A DNA stretch of 64,000 bases from an uncultured Oscillospiraceae bacterium (GTDB lineage Bacteria > Bacillota > Clostridia > Oscillospirales > Oscillospiraceae): NCBI GenBank assembly GCA_947631845.1, contig CANRMY010000005.1, positions 2,620-66,619 on the forward strand, read 5' to 3'. The translations under genes were made by a program, and so were the position numbers. The notes below the pieces were generated by a model. It saw only the letters and a program-made list of their open reading frames with translations, was not told the DNA's origin and ran no database searches. Positions 58,498 to 64,000 of this stretch are shown piece after piece. Numbering within the stretch: position 1 is the stretch's first letter; every line of letters starts with the position of its first letter.

Positions 58498-58554
58498 CAC
58501 GCTCTGTCAGGGCGTACCCCCGCCGCCCGTGGTGGGCGGCACCCCCCGCCGGGG

Positions 58555-59106
58555 TCAGGCAAACAGCTTCCCGCTCAGCAGATTCCTTGTCATCCCGCTG
58601 AGCCTGTCCACCGCCAGGCCCTGATCGGTGGTCAGCCACATGTGCATCAGCTCATAGGTCACCCCGGCCAGGGACGCCTTTATGTACGGCAGCTGCCATT
58701 CCTCGCACCGGAACATTCCGTTCAGCGCCTGGGTGTCCTCCACAAAAAACGCCCGGTTGCAGTCCTGAAAGAGAACCCCCAGCCCCTGCCGGAAGAGCAG
58801 GGACAGGAAATCCCGGCTGTCCCCCCAAAAGAGGAAGTAGTCGATGAGCAGCTCCTCCGGCTCCGGCGGCGAGACGGTCAGCTTGTCCTGATACCGCTGA
58901 AAGAGGCCCTTCAGGAGGTACACCAAAATGTCCTCCTTTTTCTGAAAATTCGTGTAGAACGTCTGCCGGGAAAGCCCCGCCCGCTCGGTCAGATCCGAGA
59001 CGGTGACATCCTTGAAGGGCTTGTACATCATCAGCTTGAGAAGCGTCTCCGACAACGCGTTTTTTGACCGTATCGCCATGGGATTTTCGTATTTTCGCTC
59101 CAGCAT
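58555..59106 (-). CDS. TetR/AcrR-family transcriptional regulator
   Basis: Start chosen at MLERKYENP behind AGGAGG (the track ORF starts at an upstream TTG). HTH FKDVTVSDLTERAGLSRQTFYTNF. Confidence 0.8.
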   Translation of the reverse strand: MLERKYENPMAIRSKNALSETLLKLMMYKPFKDVTVSDLTERAGLSRQTFYTNFQKKEDILVYLLKGLFQRYQDKLTVSPPEPEELLIDYFLFWGDSRDFLSLLFRQGLGVLFQDCNRAFFVEDTQALNGMFRCEEWQLPYIKASLAGVTYELMHMWLTTDQGLAVDRLSGMTRNLLSGKLFA

Positions 59107-59180
59107 ACCGCGCCTCCTGGCCATATTTGGTAAATTAAGGTCATTTTCTTTGACAATTGTAATAGATTTTACGCCGATTG

Positions 59181-59543
59181 TCAAGTTTTTTTCATGGACC
59201 CCGCCAACATTTTAACACCGGTCAGTACGCAAAAGATGCCGAAAAGCCGCCGCAAAAGCGAAGGCTCCACCCCCGCAGCGAAAAAGGCCGCCGCGGCCGC
59301 CGTGACCGTCCCGGGGATCGCCGCCCACAGCACAGCCTTCTTCTCCACCAGCCCGTTTTTCAGGTGGGAGATCACCGCCGAAGCGGACGTGGGCAGGAAA
59401 TAGACCAGGTTGATCCCCTGGGCCGCCGCCTGCCCCAAACCGGCGACCTGGGTCATCCACAAAAGCAGCAGCGACCCGCCGCCGATGCCGTACCCGGACA
59501 GCACCCCGCACACCAGCCCCGCCAGACCGTTCAAAACCCTCAT
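59181..59543 (-). CDS. TauE/SafE-family anion exporter, half-size subunit (C-terminal-half homolog)
   Basis: 120 aa, 4 TM, G-rich GYGIGGGSLLLL motif. ATGA overlap with the upstream half. Confidence 0.7.
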   Translation of the reverse strand: MRVLNGLAGLVCGVLSGYGIGGGSLLLLWMTQVAGLGQAAAQGINLVYFLPTSASAVISHLKNGLVEKKAVLWAAIPGTVTAAAAAFFAAGVEPSLLRRLFGIFCVLTGVKMLAGSMKKT

Positions 59544-59908
59544 GCCAGCACGTTCCTCAGGCCCCCGAAGAGGATGAGCAGGGCGAAGGCCCGCACCAGC
59601 AGCTTCGGCGGCACCCTCTTAAAGCTGAGGCCGGAGAGGACGCCTCCCACCAGTCCCCCCAACAGGAACGGCCACGCCGCTCCAAGGTCGATCCCGCCCC
59701 TGCAAAAATAGGCCGCCGCGGACACCGCGCACAGGGGGAGCATCACCGCCACCGATGTGGCGAAGGCCCTGGCGTCCTCCAGCTTGATCCAGCCCCGCAG
59801 CAACGGCACCAGCGCCATACCGCCCCCGCCGCCGAAAAAGCCGTTGAGTACCCCCGTTACCGCCCCCGTCACCAGGAGCTTCAGCTTCAAACCCTTCTCT
59901 ACTTCCAT
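59540..59908 (-). CDS. TauE/SafE-family anion exporter, half-size subunit (N-terminal-half homolog)
   Basis: Real start MEVEKGLKLKLLVTGAVTGVLNGFFGGGGGMALVPLL at 59908. The 494-aa track ORF is an artefactual extension through ytvI. Confidence 0.7.
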   Translation of the reverse strand: MEVEKGLKLKLLVTGAVTGVLNGFFGGGGGMALVPLLRGWIKLEDARAFATSVAVMLPLCAVSAAAYFCRGGIDLGAAWPFLLGGLVGGVLSGLSFKRVPPKLLVRAFALLILFGGLRNVLA

Positions 59909-60966
59909 AGCTTTATATATCCCTTTGTATTCATCTGATTCAGGAGCATCAACCCGAAGGGAAAGAGCGCCATCCCCGCCACCCCGCACAGCTGAAAGCC
60001 CGTGTACATGGCCAGGAGCGCCGCCGCCGGCGCCACGCCGAACTGATCCCCGATGAGCTTCGGCTCCAAACATTGACGCACCAGCGTCACAATGAGGTAC
60101 GTGATCAGAAGGCCCGACGCCCTGGCCGTATCCCCGCCCAGAAAGCTGACGGCGGCCCAGGGCAGAAGCACGATCCCCGCCCCGAACACCGGCAGGGCGT
60201 CGATGAGGGCCGTCAGCAGGGCGATGACCGCGCCGTACTCCACCCCGATCACCGTAAAGGCCGCCGTCAGCTGGGCAAAGGTGATGCCCACCAGCGCCGC
60301 CTCGGCCCGGAGCCACCGGCCCACCCCATCCAGCAGATCCTCCTTGACACTGTGGACCGTTTTCCGCATCCTGTCCGGCACCTGCCTGGCCAGGAACGCC
60401 TTGACAGAGGGAAAGCCGGCGCTTAAGAAAAACGCCCCGATGACGTAGGTGGCCACGGCCAGGATGGTCCCCGGCGCGCCGGCGGCGGCGCTCTGGAGAC
60501 GTCCCAGCGCCCACTCGGACAGCCGCGCCGGGATCTGGGCCGCCCGCTCCCCGGCGGCCTCCAGGGCGTCCTCCATGTACCCCCGCGCCCCCTCCGGCAC
60601 GGCGGCGGTGACCCGCCGGAAAACGTCCTCCACCCGCTCCAGCACCTGGGGCAGGCCGGCGGTGAGCCGGGGCAGGGCCTCCAAAAGCCCCGCCGCTTCG
60701 TCCAGGAGCCGCACCACCACCAGAAGGAAGAACCCCACCAGAGACGAGAGCACCGTCAGCACGCACAGCACCGAGGCGATCCCCCGCCGCAGATGGCATT
60801 TCTCCGAGAAAAATTCCACCGCCGGCTCGCACAGCGCCGCCGTCAAAAAGGCCAGCAGAAAGGGCCAGAGCGCCGGCAGCAGGAGCTTCACAAAGAGCAC
60901 CGTCCCCAGCACCGCCAAAGCGCCGGTCAACGCCCACCGGACCGTCTTTTTGACCCCCGTTTCCAC
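59899..60966 (-). CDS. ytvI: AI-2E/PerM-family membrane protein, sporulation YtvI-like
   Basis: 355 aa, GTG start behind GGAGGG. ~8 TM and a C-terminal FGVAPAAALLAMYTGFQLCGVAGM typical of AI-2E transporters. Confidence 0.75.
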   Translation of the reverse strand: METGVKKTVRWALTGALAVLGTVLFVKLLLPALWPFLLAFLTAALCEPAVEFFSEKCHLRRGIASVLCVLTVLSSLVGFFLLVVVRLLDEAAGLLEALPRLTAGLPQVLERVEDVFRRVTAAVPEGARGYMEDALEAAGERAAQIPARLSEWALGRLQSAAAGAPGTILAVATYVIGAFFLSAGFPSVKAFLARQVPDRMRKTVHSVKEDLLDGVGRWLRAEAALVGITFAQLTAAFTVIGVEYGAVIALLTALIDALPVFGAGIVLLPWAAVSFLGGDTARASGLLITYLIVTLVRQCLEPKLIGDQFGVAPAAALLAMYTGFQLCGVAGMALFPFGLMLLNQMNTKGYIKLWK

Positions 60967-61038
60967 CCGTTTCCCTCCTCGTATAATAAGATTTGACAGG
61001 AATTTTGTAAGTGTTATCTGTCATTCACTCCGGAAAAA

Positions 61039-61302
61039 CCAGCAGGCAAAGGGATACCCGTGGTACAATGGCTGTAGGACAGCAGGGACAAGTTCTTATT
61101 CCTCCCGTTGCGCCGCAAGGCGGCTTCATGCAAAGTCAGTCCCCCTGGACCGGAAGTAAGCTGCAAACTCATTAGCTGTTTGCCGGAAGCAAGACCGCCC
61201 TTTCAGCAGTGAGGGCTTTCGCATCGGCTCGCTCCGGAATGATTCTAATAAGCGAGGTTGCTGACGCTCCGGTTACCATGGGTATCCCTTTGCCTGCTGG
61301 TC
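61039..61302 (+). ncRNA. candidate IS110 bridge/seek RNA region
   Basis: A 28-bp helix forms between ACCAGCAGGCAAAGGGATACCCGTGGTA (61039-61066) and TACCATGGGTATCCCTTTGCCTGCTGGT (61275-61302). Its one non-Watson-Crick pair is G-U only on the plus strand. It encloses ~208 nt with further hairpins, directly upstream of the recombinase. Confidence 0.45.
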
Positions 61303-61332
61303 CTGAAATCCCACTGCGGGGAGGTGAAAATT

Positions 61333-62559
61333 ATGGATCCACTTTACGTTGGCATTGATGTGGGAAGCAGAAACAACGTGGCTTACCTCATGAGACCGGA
61401 CGGCAGCAAGTATGGCAGCTTCTCTTTACAAAACAACCGGGGCGGTGCTAAACTGCTGACAGAGAAGATCGTGTCGGCGATGGGGGCTATGGGGCTCCGC
61501 GATGTGGTCATCGGCATGGAGTCCACCTCGGTCTACGGAGACAGCCTGGTATACGCGCTCCGGGAGGATGGTCGACTGGGCCAGTTCCAGAAAAAGCTCC
61601 ATGTCCTCAATCCCAAGCAGGTCAGAAAGTTCAAGGAAGCCTACCCGGACCTGCCCAAGAACGACTTTGTGGACGCCTTCGTCATCGCCGACCATCTCCG
61701 GTTCGGAAGGATCGGGAAGGAGGTCTACATGGACGACTACCGCTACAAAGCGCTCCAGACACTGACCAGGGCCAGATTCTACGCGGTCCAGAATCTCACA
61801 CGGGAGAAACAGCGCTTCGCCAACTACTTATTCCTCAAGTGCTCCGGCATCGCCCAGGCCAGCGACATTCCGAATACCAGCGCCACCACTCTGTCCCTTA
61901 TGGAACATTTTGAAACCGCTGACGACTTGGCTAATGCCAAACTCGATGAGCTTGCCTCGTTTGTCTCCGAAGCCGGACACGGCCGGTTTGCTGACCCGGA
62001 GGCCACTGCCAAGGCCATTCAAGCCGCTGCCAAAGGCTCCTACCGGCTGCCCAAGACGGTAAACGATTCGGTGAACCAGGCCATGTCCGTCTCCATCGCC
62101 GCCATGCGCGCCCTGGAGAGCCAGATCAAAACGCTGGACAAGGCCATCGAGCAGCAGTTTGAGATCATCCCTAACACGTTGACCTCCATTCCCGGCATCG
62201 GTAAGGTCTACTCCGCCGGCATCATCGCCGAGATCGGCGACATCAACCGGTTTCAGTCCCAGGCCTCTGTCGCCAAGTACGCCGGCCTTGTCTGGACCCA
62301 GCACCAGTCCGGTGAGTTTGAGGCCCAGCACACCCAACTCATCAAGTCCGGCAACCGTTTCCTCCGCTACTACCTGCTGGAAGCCGCCAACTCCGTGAGA
62401 AGATGCGACTCCGAGTTTCGGCGCTACTACGACCTCAAATTCAAGGAGGTCAACCAGTTCCAGCATAAACGCGCACTCGCTTTGACTGCCAGAAAACTGG
62501 TTCGGCTTGTCTTTCGACTGCTGAAGGACAACCGCCTGTATATCCCGCCGGAGGGCTGA
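61333..62559 (+). CDS. IS110-family transposase (DEDD recombinase + Tnp_20 domain)
   Basis: ATG 61333 behind GGAGGTGA. N-terminus MDPLYVGIDVGSRNNV (DEDD first Asp), later GMESTSVYG, C-terminal IPGIGKVYSAGIIAEIGDINRF and SGNRFLRYYL. Confidence 0.9.
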   Translation: MDPLYVGIDVGSRNNVAYLMRPDGSKYGSFSLQNNRGGAKLLTEKIVSAMGAMGLRDVVIGMESTSVYGDSLVYALREDGRLGQFQKKLHVLNPKQVRKFKEAYPDLPKNDFVDAFVIADHLRFGRIGKEVYMDDYRYKALQTLTRARFYAVQNLTREKQRFANYLFLKCSGIAQASDIPNTSATTLSLMEHFETADDLANAKLDELASFVSEAGHGRFADPEATAKAIQAAAKGSYRLPKTVNDSVNQAMSVSIAAMRALESQIKTLDKAIEQQFEIIPNTLTSIPGIGKVYSAGIIAEIGDINRFQSQASVAKYAGLVWTQHQSGEFEAQHTQLIKSGNRFLRYYLLEAANSVRRCDSEFRRYYDLKFKEVNQFQHKRALALTARKLVRLVFRLLKDNRLYIPPEG

Positions 62560-62949
62560 GCATTCGCTCTCCCCTTTGACGCTGCCAGCCCTGTTTCAAA
62601 AATCCGCAGGGGCAGGGCTTGGATTGGTGTTGCCTTTTTCCCTAGTTACTACTCTTTTGGGGTACTTCTTTCGCAAATTTTCTCTTATTGCATTCTTGAC
62701 TTCACACCATTAGACTCTGTCCGCCCCGGCAGGCGGCCGTATGGCCGTTTTGTGAAAATTGACATTTTTCCGGCCCGATTTCCGCCGATTTTTCGCTTTT
62801 GCAGAATAAATAATCTGTTGCGCCCGGAAAAGTAATGTGGTATTATAAAGAATGCGTGACGGCAGTTTGCCGCCGCCGCTCCCGAAAGGAAACCTACTCT
62901 ATTTTTTGACCCGCTGTGGGAACTATTCACTTTGGAAAGGGGAACCGGC

Positions 62950-64000
62950 ATGGTAAATATCGCCATACTTGGCTTTGGGACCGTCGGCTCCGGCGTGGCG
63001 GAGGTCATGGCCGAGAACGCCCAGAGCATCGCCCACAACGCCGCCGAGGAGATCGGCGTCAAATACATTCTGGATGTCCGGGATTTCCCCGGCTCCCCCT
63101 TCGCCGGCAAAATGATCCGCGATTTCAGCCTCATCGAGTCCGACCCGGACGTGCAGGTGGTGGTGGAGACCATCGGCGGCGTGGGGGCGGCCTACGAATT
63201 TACGAAACGGGCCCTGCTGGCCGGCAAGAGCGTGGTCACCTCCAACAAGGAGCTGGTGGCCACCCGCGGCCATGAGCTGCTGGAGATCGCCCGGCAAAAA
63301 AACGTCAACTACCTCTTCGAGGCCAGCGTAGGCGGCGGCATCCCCATCATCCGCCCCATCACCCAGTGCCTGACCGCCAACGAGTTGGACGAGATCTACG
63401 GCATTTTGAACGGCACCACCAACTACATCCTCACCCGGATGATCACCGACGGCGCCCCCTTCGGGGAAATTTTGAAGGACGCCCAGCGCCTGGGCTACGC
63501 CGAGGCCGACCCCACCGCCGACGTTGAAGGATATGACGCGGCGCGGAAAATATGTATTCTGGCGGATCTGTGCTTCGGCAAAAGCGTGGCCCCGGAGAAG
63601 ATCTCCGTGGAGGGCATTTCGGGCGTGACGCTGGAGGATGTGGAGTACGCAAGACGCCTGGGGTATAAGATCAAGCTCTTAGGCCGGGCCTACCGCCTCC
63701 CCGGCGGACACATCACCGCCTATGTGGCCCCCCATCTCATCTCCAAGACCAGCCTGCTCTCCAACGTGGACGGCGTCATGAACGGCATCGTGGTCCACGG
63801 CAACGCCCTGGGCGAGTGCATGTTCTACGGCGCGGGCGCGGGCAAGCGGCCCACCGCCAGCGCGGTGGTGGCCGACGTGATCGACGCGGTGAAGCACCGC
63901 AAGGCCCGCAAATACCTGGGCTGGGACGAAGCGGAGCCCGATTACCTGGTGGACGCCCGGGACGTGAAGACCCGCTGGTATGTCCGCACCGGTTCCGGCC
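62950..64000 (+). CDS. hom: homoserine dehydrogenase, 5' part (runs off right edge)
   Basis: Not in the ORF track. ATG 62950 behind GGAAAGGGGA. MVNIAILGFGTVGSGV Rossmann motif, SNKELVA, GGGIPII, GILNGTTNYIL, LGYAEADPTADVEGYDA. Confidence 0.88.
   Translation, partial: MVNIAILGFGTVGSGVAEVMAENAQSIAHNAAEEIGVKYILDVRDFPGSPFAGKMIRDFSLIESDPDVQVVVETIGGVGAAYEFTKRALLAGKSVVTSNKELVATRGHELLEIARQKNVNYLFEASVGGGIPIIRPITQCLTANELDEIYGILNGTTNYILTRMITDGAPFGEILKDAQRLGYAEADPTADVEGYDAARKICILADLCFGKSVAPEKISVEGISGVTLEDVEYARRLGYKIKLLGRAYRLPGGHITAYVAPHLISKTSLLSNVDGVMNGIVVHGNALGECMFYGAGAGKRPTASAVVADVIDAVKHRKARKYLGWDEAEPDYLVDARDVKTRWYVRTGSG

Larger units (their letters stand above)
61025..62715 (+). mobile_element. IS110-family insertion sequence (ends approximate)
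   Basis: A DEDD-type transposase gene has a ~300-nt structured upstream non-coding end and a ~150-nt downstream end. GC is ~55% versus ~65% in the flanks. There are no terminal inverted repeats, as expected for IS110. Boundaries cannot be fixed from a single copy. Confidence 0.6.

Noticed and set aside
60985-61000. TATAAT at 60989-60994 as the -10 half of a circle-junction promoter marking the IS110 left end.
   Set aside because: It lies within 25 nt of the ytvI GTG start and RBS on the other strand, so it is more likely part of the ytvI upstream region. IS ends cannot be fixed from one copy.

Overview
High-GC (~65%) chromosomal segment from a spore-forming Clostridia-type Firmicute. The lineage call rests on spoIIIA, spoIIE and spoVA genes and a Gram-positive lipoprotein and ABC layout. 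A high-GC gut Oscillospiraceae such as Flavonifractor or Intestinimonas is only a guess. Protein-coding content is mostly ordinary. It comprises a Gram-positive starch/maltodextrin utilisation locus (1.5-16.2 kb), tldD-pmbA-amidohydrolase, an ispA-xseBA-nusB-asp23 block, and a complete spoIIIAA-AH operon. It also holds tsaEB-upp, a five-tRNA operon (Gly-Arg-His-Gln-Lys), a MacB/FtsX-type ABC pair, FMN-riboswitch-controlled ribU, spoIIE, rnj, spoVAD/AE, guaB, a ytvI-TauE-TetR operon, an IS110-family element and hom. The unusual part is the non-coding DNA. About 6 kb of the window (nearly every intergenic gap over 200 bp) consists of at least four interspersed, hairpin-rich repeat families. Family A units are REP-like GC hairpins with GTAG/GTAC heads, arranged in arrays of 0.2-0.5 kb at 9 loci. 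Family M is a ~250-300 nt module that brackets A arrays as kb-scale inverted composites. Family B is a ~200 nt element with 4 copies and clear compensatory changes in three helices. Family E is a ~100 nt element with 7 copies and covariation in three helices. E abuts tRNA 3' ends and in several cases sits inside the loop of another repeat's hairpin, which suggests mobility. I could not match any of these families to a described RNA or element class from memory. Two low-GC islands (1-1450 and 45170-45600) look horizontally acquired. All protein family calls are by-eye motif recognition on the supplied translations, with no searches run.
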